A stretch of DNA of 61,112 bases from a virus (Duplodnaviria > Caudoviricetes): positions 1 to 61,112 of IMG/VR virus record IMGVR_UViG_3300032116_000195; one strand, written 5' to 3'. Under the pieces are notes generated by a model, which was given only the letters and a program-made list of their open reading frames with translations, was not told the DNA's origin and did no database searches. A program made the position numbers and the translations under genes. Positions 10,987-20,618 of this stretch are shown one piece after another; the stretch's first letter is position 1, and each line of letters opens with the position of its first letter.

Positions 10987-11323
10987 TCTATACACATTAG
11001 TCAATATAGCATTGGCTTATACAGATTACAGGCTCATTTCTGAGGGGGAACGGGTATTTCACGGGATCAATGGGGCGGTTTACCTTATCCTGATTTCGCC
11101 TGCATACTTCCTGACCAATAGTCTATTTGTAGTGGCAGGGCTACTAGTACTGAGGAGGCTAGTATTTGACGTGTCCCTGAATCTTTTCAGGGGGCTGCCA
11201 TATGACTATATTTCTCGTACTACCACTAGCATTATTGACAGACTGCTCTACGATATTCAGGAGGTTCTAGGCCCAGTGTACTATGCCATCCTTATAGTCA
11301 CAGTTATACTTCTGATGAAATAA
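10970..11323 (+). CDS. Membrane protein
   Basis: Several hydrophobic segments; overlaps the upstream gene end. Confidence 0.55.
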   Translation: MLFWISLYTLVNIALAYTDYRLISEGERVFHGINGAVYLILISPAYFLTNSLFVVAGLLVLRRLVFDVSLNLFRGLPYDYISRTTTSIIDRLLYDIQEVLGPVYYAILIVTVILLMK

Positions 11324-11385
11324 TCATGGTGTTTTTTTGGCAATGACTGCTAAGATCCTTAGTATTTTTGCTAAAACTTTTAACT

Positions 11386-11667
11386 ATGTTAGACTTTTCA
11401 AAACAACTGGTCGGACTTGACGGTGCTCCTGTAAAGGACATTGACGACAAGGCGATCACCCTCGGCAAGCTGCTATCTAGCCAGCTGGCCCAATCAAACA
11501 AAGGAGACGCACTCAAGCTGTTTACATGGGCGCAGAAGTGCTACAATGGCGAAACACTTGACTTGGACCCGAGCGATGAGTCAACTCTGAAGGAGTTCAT
11601 TAAGAACAATGAACAACTGACTGTGTTGGCGAAGGCTCAATTGTTGAGCGTTTTCAAAGAAAAATAA
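11386..11667 (+). CDS. Hypothetical phage protein
   Basis: ATG at 11386; a TATTTTTG (TAnnTTTG) promoter-like element lies just upstream at 11363-11370. Confidence 0.6.
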   Translation: MLDFSKQLVGLDGAPVKDIDDKAITLGKLLSSQLAQSNKGDALKLFTWAQKCYNGETLDLDPSDESTLKEFIKNNEQLTVLAKAQLLSVFKEK

Positions 11668-11924
11668 TGGCCGTAACACCCGTTGACAAAGTTAAATCGT
11701 GGCTGACGCCCGGACTGGTTACATGTTTTGGAGTGATACTCTGGAACCTCTTTACTGAGATAAGGACTGATATCAAGACCCTACTTTCTGCTAACGCTGA
11801 AGTACAGGTTCGAATCCAATCCCTTGAAAAAAGGATGGATGGTCTTGAGACCGTGGTTTACGCTCAACGGGTGTTTGCCCTTAAACCTGATGAAGTTGAA
11901 ATACCTAAGCGTAATCGTAATTAG
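11667..11924 (+). CDS. Holin-like protein (one TM helix plus coiled coil)
   Basis: Hydrophobic WLTPGLVTCFGVILW segment followed by a heptad-like region. Confidence 0.45.
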   Translation: MAVTPVDKVKSWLTPGLVTCFGVILWNLFTEIRTDIKTLLSANAEVQVRIQSLEKRMDGLETVVYAQRVFALKPDEVEIPKRNRN

Positions 11925-12441
11925 TCTCCTCCTGATCGGATGCGATCCTGTCAAGCGTGTTCTCAGGGATGAGACCAAGTTTGATGAGGTGGCTCAGGAA
12001 ATGGTAAGGCGTGGATATTGCGTCAACGATACCATCGTTGTAACAAAGGTAAAAGATAGTGTAGTCTATAAGGACTCTATTGTACAGAAACTAGTTAACG
12101 TCCCTTGCAAAGATTTCGATACTACTATTGGAAGGGCACGAATTAAGGTCAGCTCGGGGGTACTCACATACACAGCAGCTGACTCTGTAGTCATACGCAA
12201 GGAAACCATAACCAATACTGTTAGAGACAGAAAGCTTGAGGATATTCTGAAGAAGGATATCTCATCCAGAGACCAGCAGATCGATTCACTGAAGTTGTCT
12301 GTTCGCAGTTCGCAAACTGAGAACAAGGAATTAAAGGCAGATCTAAGATGGTTCCAGATAAAGTTCTGGGCATTGTTTGTAGCGGCTCTGGTAATAATAT
12401 TTCGTAAATCTCTAATAAGATTAGTCGGTGGCTTTATTTAA
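11890..12441 (+). CDS. Lipoprotein with C-terminal TM helix (unimolecular spanin-like)
   Basis: MKLKYLSVIVISLLLIG-C lipobox and C-terminal FWALFVAALVIIF. Confidence 0.55.
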   Translation: MKLKYLSVIVISLLLIGCDPVKRVLRDETKFDEVAQEMVRRGYCVNDTIVVTKVKDSVVYKDSIVQKLVNVPCKDFDTTIGRARIKVSSGVLTYTAADSVVIRKETITNTVRDRKLEDILKKDISSRDQQIDSLKLSVRSSQTENKELKADLRWFQIKFWALFVAALVIIFRKSLIRLVGGFI

Positions 12442-12706
12442 AGTTTTTGCAGCGAAGGACGGTAATCATGCTTGGGCCGCAACTGGGACTAATCCAAAGA
12501 CTGGTCGGGAGATTACTCTTAAAGGCGGGGAGGCTAAGCATCGTGGCAAGTGGGGGACCAAGGGCGGCAAGACTGAAGGTCAGGTTAAGAGCTACTTCGC
12601 AAGACACGCCAAGAACGACAGCCCTAAGGGATATATAAATGATCTTAACTGGAAGTTAGGATCTCGAATTGGCAAAACGGTGAACATACCTAATAATAGA
12701 TTCTGA
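12428..12706 (+). CDS. Small basic phage protein
   Basis: 92-aa K/G-rich ORF coupled to its neighbours. Confidence 0.55.
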   Translation: MALFKVFAAKDGNHAWAATGTNPKTGREITLKGGEAKHRGKWGTKGGKTEGQVKSYFARHAKNDSPKGYINDLNWKLGSRIGKTVNIPNNRF

Positions 12707-13413
12707 TGGACCTCAAAGTAATACACGACACTATACTTTACTACCTCACGAAGGATCAGAATGGTTATGTCTCACATGAGGAGATTGATAGAACCCTCGA
12801 TGCTGCCCAATTAGTTCTATTCAATCAGTATCACACCAATCCTAAGTTACCCGCACAAGTTCAGTCTAGCTTATATGGTGAATCTCAGCGTATAGACGAT
12901 GCGCTAAGTCCATTTAAATCTAAGTATACTTTCACTGGTGGTGGTTCTCCAGTAAACATAACTTCTGGCGGTGTTATCACGCTGCCATCAAACTACATGC
13001 ATCTGATCTCTATGTACACTACGGTGTACAACTCTACTCTTGGTAGGAACGTATACTCAGGTGTTCAGGTTCTTAATGAAGAGGAGCTTATTGAAAGATT
13101 AGAGTCACAGGTTATACCTGTAAGTATAGATGATCCTATTGCGATCATGAACTCTAGCAATCAGATCCAGTTGTTCCCCGAGCAGGCCCAGTCTGGTGGG
13201 GTATACTACTTCAGAAGGCCAGCTGTTCCGGTGTTTGCTTATACACAGTCCGGAAGGACTATAACATATAATCAAGGCGGATCTACACAATTAGAGTGGA
13301 GAGACTATGATGTGTCAAATGTAATATCAATAGCTCTCTCTTACTATGGTCTAAATCTTAGTGCTGCTGATATTATGCAATTTGCTCAAGCTAAAATACA
13401 GGAAGGACAGTAA
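12706..13413 (+). CDS. Putative head-tail adaptor/tail ring protein
   Basis: Helical N-terminus, LPSNYM...YFRRP pattern typical of podovirus adaptor proteins; position upstream of the nozzle. Confidence 0.6.
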   Translation: MDLKVIHDTILYYLTKDQNGYVSHEEIDRTLDAAQLVLFNQYHTNPKLPAQVQSSLYGESQRIDDALSPFKSKYTFTGGGSPVNITSGGVITLPSNYMHLISMYTTVYNSTLGRNVYSGVQVLNEEELIERLESQVIPVSIDDPIAIMNSSNQIQLFPEQAQSGGVYYFRRPAVPVFAYTQSGRTITYNQGGSTQLEWRDYDVSNVISIALSYYGLNLSAADIMQFAQAKIQEGQ

Positions 13414-14045
13414 TGGCAGTAGTGTACACACATACAAGGCTAGATAATAACCAAGTGTTTTATGTGGGTGTTGGTAAACATTCAAGGAGGGCTTATTCAA
13501 AGAATAGCCGAAACAGCCACTGGTACAATATTGTGAATAAGCACGGCTATAAAGTGACAATAACGCATAAAGATATATGTTACGAAGAGGCATTATCTAT
13601 AGAAAAATATTTAGTCGCCTTTTATGGCAGAAAAGACCTTGGTAAAGGTAGTCTTGTAAATAAGACAGAGGGAGGAGATGGTACGCTAGGTGCAATTGTA
13701 AGTGAGGAAACAAGGGCAAAGAAATCGGTATTTTTTAAAGGCAGAAAACATAGTGAAGAAACAAAAGCTATAATGTCTATTGCCCAGTCTAATAGAAGTA
13801 CTGAAACTAGACGTAGGTTGTCAGATGCAAAAAGGGGGAAATTAAGAAGTGAAGAAACGAAAGCAAAAATATCCTTGAGAAAGATGGGCCAAAGATGTAA
13901 TTCTAAAAAAGTAGTAGATATCAATACTGGTATTGTCTATAAGTGCGCAATCGATGCAGCTGATTTCATTGGCGTTAAACCTACTACTCTTAGAGCGTGG
14001 CTTCGTGGTGAGAATAATAATAAAACATCTTTAAGATATTTATAA
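13413..14045 (+). CDS. Free-standing GIY-YIG-like homing endonuclease with NUMOD3 repeats
   Basis: VYTH...FYVGVG N-terminus, LVNKTEGGDG, repeated HSEETKAK-like motifs and a C-terminal HTH-like segment. Confidence 0.8.
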   Translation: MAVVYTHTRLDNNQVFYVGVGKHSRRAYSKNSRNSHWYNIVNKHGYKVTITHKDICYEEALSIEKYLVAFYGRKDLGKGSLVNKTEGGDGTLGAIVSEETRAKKSVFFKGRKHSEETKAIMSIAQSNRSTETRRRLSDAKRGKLRSEETKAKISLRKMGQRCNSKKVVDINTGIVYKCAIDAADFIGVKPTTLRAWLRGENNNKTSLRYL

Positions 14046-14668
14046 TGTCTACTACTAAGAAGAAGATAAGCGAGCAAGTGCAGCGGATGTTGAAAGGCAA
14101 TCCTATCATTTCAGCTCGTGTGCATATAAATGATATTAAGTTATTGATTGAACAGGTTTCAAATCAGTTATTGAAGACGGATTATTTTCAGGTTAATATG
14201 CCTGAAGGTGATACTATTCCTAACAACTGTATGATATACAGCTATGACCAAATTCCCGTTACAACATACAAAACAACAAAGAGTAAGTGTACACTCCCGA
14301 GCATACCGATAAGTCTGCCAAGGAATATGGGTGTATTACATGTATCAAAGACTGACGCCATTGATGAGCCATTCGTTCCGATACCATCTTCACTGTATGG
14401 TATTGTAAAGCCTCAGGATCTTCTTGGCGATATGAGTGGTTTGATTGGTTACGAGGTAATAGGTAAGGATATAATCTTTACAAAGAACCTTCCCGGACTC
14501 AGCATCAACAGTGTATTCATCAGGTTGGTTGGAATGGATATGTCTCAGGTAACTGATTATGACATTCTTCCACTTTCGTCTGACATGGAGGCTCAGGTTG
14601 TTCAGACTGTATATAACATACTTGTTCAAACACCGCCTGCAGATAAGGCTCAAAATATTAATGACTAA
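14045..14668 (+). CDS. Putative tail ring/tubular protein
   Basis: 207-aa ORF in the adaptor cluster, with coupled start/stop. Confidence 0.5.
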   Translation: MSTTKKKISEQVQRMLKGNPIISARVHINDIKLLIEQVSNQLLKTDYFQVNMPEGDTIPNNCMIYSYDQIPVTTYKTTKSKCTLPSIPISLPRNMGVLHVSKTDAIDEPFVPIPSSLYGIVKPQDLLGDMSGLIGYEVIGKDIIFTKNLPGLSINSVFIRLVGMDMSQVTDYDILPLSSDMEAQVVQTVYNILVQTPPADKAQNIND

Positions 14669-15429
14669 TGAAACTGTATACACTAGATAACGTTGTTAGG
14701 TCAGCCCTTGCAGATCGGGGGTACACAATGCACTGGTATTTACAATTTCTGCAGTACGGTGTAGATGCTCTTCGCATGTTGAACTTCGATGTTCTTCAGA
14801 ATGTAAAGAGCGTTAGGCTTCCAGTTAACTCATATAAGGCGGTTACTCTTCCTTGCGATTTCGTTGACTACATAAGAGTAGGAAACGAGGTGGGGCAGTA
14901 TATCTACCCACATGGCGAAAAGAGAGATTCCTTTAACAGGCTCAATAAATTTGACAGCAATGGGAACAAGATCGCCTATGGAGATATCGAAGCGGCTAAC
15001 GGTATATTGCCAAACGACTGGGAAGGTTTTTGGTATACTAATTATCTCAACGACAAGGGAGAGCACCTCGGACGTATCTTCAATAATTTCTCTGGTACTA
15101 GAGACTCATTCGTCATACTCAGAGAGCGTGGCGAAATGCAACTAGATACTAGTTACATAGGCACTGAGATTGTTCTGGACTATATCACTGATGGCTTGAC
15201 TACCTCTGCAAGCAACGCTATTCATCCATATGCTATTGACTGTATTAAATCCTATATACACTATAAAACCAAAGAACATTCTAGGGCGTATAATATGGGT
15301 GAAAGACAGGTAGCAAAAGATGAGTTTTATAACCAACTGAGGTTGCTTAAGGCAAGGATGAACTCTATTGATATCAACGATATCAGAAGAAGTCTTGACA
15401 GAGGCTACGGCCCAACCATAAAGAACTGA
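14668..15429 (+). CDS. Putative tail ring/tubular protein
   Basis: LPCDFVDYIRV motif parallels LPSNYMHLISM of 12706-13413; directly precedes the nozzle. Confidence 0.55.
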   Translation: MKLYTLDNVVRSALADRGYTMHWYLQFLQYGVDALRMLNFDVLQNVKSVRLPVNSYKAVTLPCDFVDYIRVGNEVGQYIYPHGEKRDSFNRLNKFDSNGNKIAYGDIEAANGILPNDWEGFWYTNYLNDKGEHLGRIFNNFSGTRDSFVILRERGEMQLDTSYIGTEIVLDYITDGLTTSASNAIHPYAIDCIKSYIHYKTKEHSRAYNMGERQVAKDEFYNQLRLLKARMNSIDINDIRRSLDRGYGPTIKN

Positions 15430-18400
15430 TGATTAACAAGAAGATATTTCTTAAAGGCGTCAACAATGACGACTCCTATGTTCTGATGGACACGGGTGAA
15501 TACCTGAACGCCCTAAACATTCGTTTTTCTACAAGTGAGAACGGTAAGGTTGGTCAGATATCCAACGTTGAGGGTAACTCCATTAAGAACAACTCGGGGG
15601 CTTTTACTCTTCCATCTGGAACCAATACTACTATTGGTGCATGGGAGGATACCCCGAACCGCAGGGTTTTCTTCTTCAATAAAAACAGTTCTGGATCTCA
15701 TGGCATCTATTGCTACGATGCCGACAACAGTACAGTATATACTGCCCTGCTTTCAACTCAGGTTGTTGGCGGACTTAACTTCTCTAGCCCGATACATTCT
15801 GTCTCGATGGTTGGTAATCTTTTGTACTGGACTGATGGCGTAAATCCTCAGAGAAGGATAAACGTTGAGGCTGGTATAAAGCTAAACCATGTTAGTTATA
15901 CTACAGATGTTAGCCCGTATGTATTGGACCAAGAGTCTAATACCAAGATGTTGGCCTCAGTAATTACACTGATCAGGAATCAGCCAGCTTTCCCACTTAC
16001 GGTAGCTAAAGGAACTGAAGCTGGTTATGCTAGCAACTTCATATCAAACGAAGCTTTTCAATTCGCATACAGATTTGTTTATAGGGACTTTGAGGTGAGT
16101 GTGTTCTCGCCATTGTCTACTCTTATAAACTACCATAACGTTGATGATGTAACTGCAGGATACAATAGAATAGACGTAACCATACCTACAACACAGAAGA
16201 TTCCGCAGGATGTTATTAGGGTTGAGGTAGCTGCCAAGTATGTTATTGGCGGTAAGTACTCTATTGTTAAATCGTTTACAACAGGGTTCTCTGCACACAA
16301 TACGGGAACTGCTTTGACTTTTAAATTCTTTAACGACTCAGTTGGTGTAGGAGTTGACGATCCGACAGCATATAAGCAGTTTGATTCTATACCAATAAGG
16401 TCTGGTACTTTAGAGATAGGGAAGAATAGGTTATTCTTAGGTAATAACTACGATGGATATCAGGCTCCTTCATCTACATCATTGACAGTATCAAAAGAAA
16501 ATTCTGGTGGTGCTGTTACAGGTACTTGGGTCATGTTAACACTTGGAGATCCCCCGAGCCAGATCACTGTGTATCTATTAGATATAACAGGTATTGGGGA
16601 TACTTGGAGTGGATACTATGCGCCCGGCACGTATCCTGCTACAACTTATACGTATAACCAGTCAGACTTTAGAGGCGCTGGTCTATCACAGGTTGCTGTA
16701 TATTATGGATATACAATAGCAGATGTTAGAGGTTTCTCATTCCCGGGCGTAACGGCAACTGTTACAGGTTCTGTTCCTTCCCCGTCTAACGTAGCTAATA
16801 AGTATGTATTTAAAAGTGACTCATCATACAAGCTTGGAGTAGTATTCTTTGATCAGGCTGGAAGAAAATGTGGTACTGTTGTTTCTGACAATACAAAGTT
16901 TGTTACTCAGGACAGATCATACAATAACACTGCCTACACCACTAAAGTAGATTGGCTCTTAGTGAATAATGGAACGCCATCTATACTACAAGCTGAGATA
17001 CCAGACTGGGCGCACTACTATACAGTGGTAATGACAAAGTCTCTGAGGACGAATTTCTTCATGCAGATGAGGGCTACTGATGTTCAGTATGCAATAAAAG
17101 CGAATGACGGCACCTATACATATAGTACAACATATCTAGAAACTAGAACTGGTATTGCTGTTAAGGTTGATGGGCTGAACAAATATGGTATGGGTTACTC
17201 ATATCAGGAAGGCGATGTACTAAAGCTATATGGTAGCGATAATACTGTTAGGTCTTTAAAAGTGAAAGATACTTATGGAGATTATGTAATAGTAGACTTA
17301 GCTAATCTTGGAACTATTGTACAGTACCTGTTTGAAATATATACTCCATATGCACAAAGCGTAAATGAGTTCTATTATGAGAAGGGTGTTATGTATCCAA
17401 TTAACAACCCGGGGTTATCTAATAGGAGCTATTCAACTTTGTCTGGATCATTTACTGGTGATGTAATACTGTTGGACAGAACAGTGTCTTCAACAAACTT
17501 TATTGTTGAGGCTATGTCTCCAATGGATTTAAAGTGGCAGAACTGGAACACTAATATCGGAAGGACTAATATAGTCTCCGATGCAAGGCCAGCCCTCAAG
17601 AAGACTAGTGTATACTGGAGTAATGTCATTGTGCCCGGAACTCAGACCAATGGCATGAGTACGTTTGATGCACTTGATCAAACCAACCTACCTATCGAAT
17701 TAAACTCTATACAAAAGCTTCAGCTCGTAAGTAAGGTAGAGTCAGAGGGTACGGTAATGTTAGCAATTGGAGAACAGGAGACGGCTTCTATATATTTAGG
17801 GGAGGCCCAGATTATTGACAATACTGGCAATTCATTCTTGGCGACCAGCTCGGGGGTTATAGGAAATGTGAATGTAATGAGGGGAAGCTTTGGCACTATC
17901 AACCCTGAGAGTGTTGTAAGGTACATGGGCAATGTATATTGGTTTGACGCCAATAAAGGGTCTGTAGTAAGCTACAGCCCTAACGGTCTATTCCCTATAT
18001 CATCAAACAAGATGATGAAGTACTTCAGGAAGGTTGGTCAGGATGTTATCGGATCTGGATTGAAATTCTATGGCGGCATAGATCCATACCATAATGAAGT
18101 ATTGATGTTTTCGCCAAGGAAGTCAGCCAATCCAGCAGGTGCTAGGCTTACTGATATGGCGTTATCATCTAGTACATATAGCTTTACAACTGTCTCATCT
18201 TCTTCTACTGTGACGGTTGTGGGAGATGCAAGCTATACATATACAGGCAGTCAGATTGGACCTAATCAAGCTACAGTTACAGGTTCAACGGGTGCTGTAA
18301 CATTTACATATAGTGGTACTGGCGGCACAGCCTATGGCCCTTCAAGTGTAAGGCCATCACAGGTTGGTTCATATCAGGTGGTTGCATCGGTAGCTTCAGA

Positions 18401-19019
18401 TGGGATATATGATGCGGCTAGTTCTGCTCCTTTTGCATTTGCTATTGCAACACAGTTTGTGTTTGATGCCGACTACATGCTATTGACATATCAGTTTACC
18501 GATGGCTTTGATCTGGATACAAGGACTAGGATTGTCACTCCTAATGTAGGTCAGGACGCTCAGCCTAAGTATGTAGGATGGGGTGTTTCTGCTATATGGC
18601 CAACATCAGGAACTCCACTTCTTGACTGGGGCGGCGACAATACAGGAACAGGATTTGAGTCTGTACTGATTAATGTGGCACAACTTAAGGCGAGTTACCC
18701 ATCTGCTACAACTCTTGTTGTGGATCTCCGGGCATTCTGGTATAGTACAGTTGGTGTGCAGCCTGTAAATGTAGCAGCTACTCTTTGGAAGGGTGGTTCG
18801 CCAATCGAGCAAGGTCCGGGCGGTAGCCCAGCATTCAGCTTTACTAACCCTACAGCTACTGCAGTATTGAATATTAGTTCAGTGGGTAAACAGATAACAT
18901 CTGACGGTTCACCAACTAAATCTGCCAGTTCGGGGGAAAGGGTGGCAACACTTACATATAACCTGATTACAAACACAGGATCATTCAACTCTAACGACAC
19001 TACAACACCAAGCGTATGA
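15429..19019 (+). CDS. Tail nozzle/muzzle-like protein, N-terminal part, with added Ig/MBG-like C-terminal domains
   Basis: GVNNDD..EYLNALNIR, LLYWTDGVNPQRRIN, NRLFLGNNYDG, YKLGVVFFDQAGR, FGTINPES and GIDPYHNE motifs resemble crAss-like nozzle proteins. Confidence 0.65.
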   Translation: MINKKIFLKGVNNDDSYVLMDTGEYLNALNIRFSTSENGKVGQISNVEGNSIKNNSGAFTLPSGTNTTIGAWEDTPNRRVFFFNKNSSGSHGIYCYDADNSTVYTALLSTQVVGGLNFSSPIHSVSMVGNLLYWTDGVNPQRRINVEAGIKLNHVSYTTDVSPYVLDQESNTKMLASVITLIRNQPAFPLTVAKGTEAGYASNFISNEAFQFAYRFVYRDFEVSVFSPLSTLINYHNVDDVTAGYNRIDVTIPTTQKIPQDVIRVEVAAKYVIGGKYSIVKSFTTGFSAHNTGTALTFKFFNDSVGVGVDDPTAYKQFDSIPIRSGTLEIGKNRLFLGNNYDGYQAPSSTSLTVSKENSGGAVTGTWVMLTLGDPPSQITVYLLDITGIGDTWSGYYAPGTYPATTYTYNQSDFRGAGLSQVAVYYGYTIADVRGFSFPGVTATVTGSVPSPSNVANKYVFKSDSSYKLGVVFFDQAGRKCGTVVSDNTKFVTQDRSYNNTAYTTKVDWLLVNNGTPSILQAEIPDWAHYYTVVMTKSLRTNFFMQMRATDVQYAIKANDGTYTYSTTYLETRTGIAVKVDGLNKYGMGYSYQEGDVLKLYGSDNTVRSLKVKDTYGDYVIVDLANLGTIVQYLFEIYTPYAQSVNEFYYEKGVMYPINNPGLSNRSYSTLSGSFTGDVILLDRTVSSTNFIVEAMSPMDLKWQNWNTNIGRTNIVSDARPALKKTSVYWSNVIVPGTQTNGMSTFDALDQTNLPIELNSIQKLQLVSKVESEGTVMLAIGEQETASIYLGEAQIIDNTGNSFLATSSGVIGNVNVMRGSFGTINPESVVRYMGNVYWFDANKGSVVSYSPNGLFPISSNKMMKYFRKVGQDVIGSGLKFYGGIDPYHNEVLMFSPRKSANPAGARLTDMALSSSTYSFTTVSSSSTVTVVGDASYTYTGSQIGPNQATVTGSTGAVTFTYSGTGGTAYGPSSVRPSQVGSYQVVASVASDGIYDAASSAPFAFAIATQFVFDADYMLLTYQFTDGFDLDTRTRIVTPNVGQDAQPKYVGWGVSAIWPTSGTPLLDWGGDNTGTGFESVLINVAQLKASYPSATTLVVDLRAFWYSTVGVQPVNVAATLWKGGSPIEQGPGGSPAFSFTNPTATAVLNISSVGKQITSDGSPTKSASSGERVATLTYNLITNTGSFNSNDTTTPSV

Positions 19020-19201
19020 TGACGGAAAAGCAGGCGATGAATCTGGTATATAATATACTCGGCAAGGTTGCATTGATTGAGAGGAATGACAGTAAGAATA
19101 TTTACAGTTCTGGTGGGGTGTATATGGTCGCCTTATTAGATGGTGATAGCAGTTCAATTAGTCCTGTATTTCAAACATTAGAAGAAGCTCAATCATGGTA
19201 G
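19016..19201 (+). CDS. Small hypothetical protein
   Basis: 61-aa ORF overlapping both neighbours. Confidence 0.45.
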   Translation: MMTEKQAMNLVYNILGKVALIERNDSKNIYSSGGVYMVALLDGDSSSISPVFQTLEEAQSW

Positions 19202-19941
19202 CAACCGTAAATATATCAGTCATTGAGGGTCGTGAGTATCTGGTGACAGCTCCAGCTGGAGTTACTGTCAGGTATAATGGTGAGATCGTAACCAGTACAT
19301 TCATAGCTGTGTCTAGTGTCAATCAGGTCATCCTAGTAACTCAGAGTGCCCTTAGTGGTCAGATTACCATCACAGAGATCCTAAGGTCATACTATGATGC
19401 ATATGATGCTCAGGGTGCCGTATGGGCATACCAGCCTGCATTAGACAAGTGGGTTTCTCAGTACAGCTTTAGGCCAGATTGGATGAGCATGGTTGGGAAT
19501 AGGTTAGTAACCTTTAAGTCAGGGTATCCATATGTACATGATGGCGCTTTAAATACTTTCTATGGTCAGACGTATGACTCGGTATTAGCATTTGCACATA
19601 GCGATGCTGGTAACGTAACTAAAGTATACCAAGCAGCTGCCTTCGAGGGGGATACCCCCGACCTGCTCCACATCAGAACAGAAGTTCCGAACGTTCAGAG
19701 CTCAGACCTAAGGGCTGCAGATTTTGTATCCAAGGAGGGTGTAAAATATGGTAGCATTTTAAGGGATAGGCTTTCTCCAAATGTTACTGGTACTGCAGAT
19801 GAAAAGCTATACAAGGGCGACAATATGAGGGGAGAGATTGGCTTATTTCAGGGGGTGTTTTTCGGACCTACCGCCAAGAAGATTTGGAACTTTGTAAACA
19901 TATCATTTGTCCCATCTAGAGGACACGAAACTCAACAGTAA
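19195..19941 (+). CDS. Tail nozzle-like protein, C-terminal part
   Basis: WVSQYSFRPDWM..NRLVTFKSG, FYGQ, KEGVKYG and GDNMRG motifs resemble the usual nozzle C-terminus. Confidence 0.55.
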   Translation: MVATVNISVIEGREYLVTAPAGVTVRYNGEIVTSTFIAVSSVNQVILVTQSALSGQITITEILRSYYDAYDAQGAVWAYQPALDKWVSQYSFRPDWMSMVGNRLVTFKSGYPYVHDGALNTFYGQTYDSVLAFAHSDAGNVTKVYQAAAFEGDTPDLLHIRTEVPNVQSSDLRAADFVSKEGVKYGSILRDRLSPNVTGTADEKLYKGDNMRGEIGLFQGVFFGPTAKKIWNFVNISFVPSRGHETQQ

Positions 19942-20615
19942 TGGCAGGATTTCAGTTAGGAAACATGTATGATGCCTTGTCAACCAACAGAGGTGTCCCA
20001 CAGATTATGCAATCTGCTGGGCCTGCTGCTTCGGGTGGCGGTGGAGGTCTCGCTGGTCTACTCGGTAAGGCTAACCCTATTATGGCTGGACTTGGAATAG
20101 CCTCTAGTATTGCTGGCGGTATTTCAGGTCTGTTTGCTGCGAGGGATATGAAGAGGATGTCTAAGCAGGTGCCTCAGTATTCAAGAAGCCAGTTCCCCGG
20201 ACAGATGTTGGGTCAGGCTCAAAGAGAGTTGAACTTCAACCCATTCCAAGCTGCGCAAGCTCGGGGGATTCAGGGCAGGATGACTAATAAGATTGGTGCT
20301 GCTTCTAAAGCGGTTACAGATCCATCACAGATGCTCAATCTCATTGGCGCCTATAGCGGTGCTGCAGCTGATGAATCTCTTAATGCTGATATGGCTAACT
20401 ACGCACAGAGAGGTCAGAGGCTTAACGATGTATACAATGCTCAGATGGCCAACTACCGTGAAGATCAGAACGTATACGACAACTCAATGACTGCATTCAA
20501 CTCAAAGGCAAACTTGCTCAATGCTGCAAATCAGACCAGATCAAATGCTCTTTCAAGTATTGGTGGAAGTCTGTTGGGTGGTTCTCAGGTCTTTAAAGGA
20601 TTTGGCAACAAATAA
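19941..20615 (+). CDS. Internal virion (ejection) protein
   Basis: G/A-rich hydrophobic segment then Q/A/N-rich helices; first gene after the nozzle. Confidence 0.6.
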   Translation: MAGFQLGNMYDALSTNRGVPQIMQSAGPAASGGGGGLAGLLGKANPIMAGLGIASSIAGGISGLFAARDMKRMSKQVPQYSRSQFPGQMLGQAQRELNFNPFQAAQARGIQGRMTNKIGAASKAVTDPSQMLNLIGAYSGAAADESLNADMANYAQRGQRLNDVYNAQMANYREDQNVYDNSMTAFNSKANLLNAANQTRSNALSSIGGSLLGGSQVFKGFGNK

Positions 20616-20618
20616 AAG

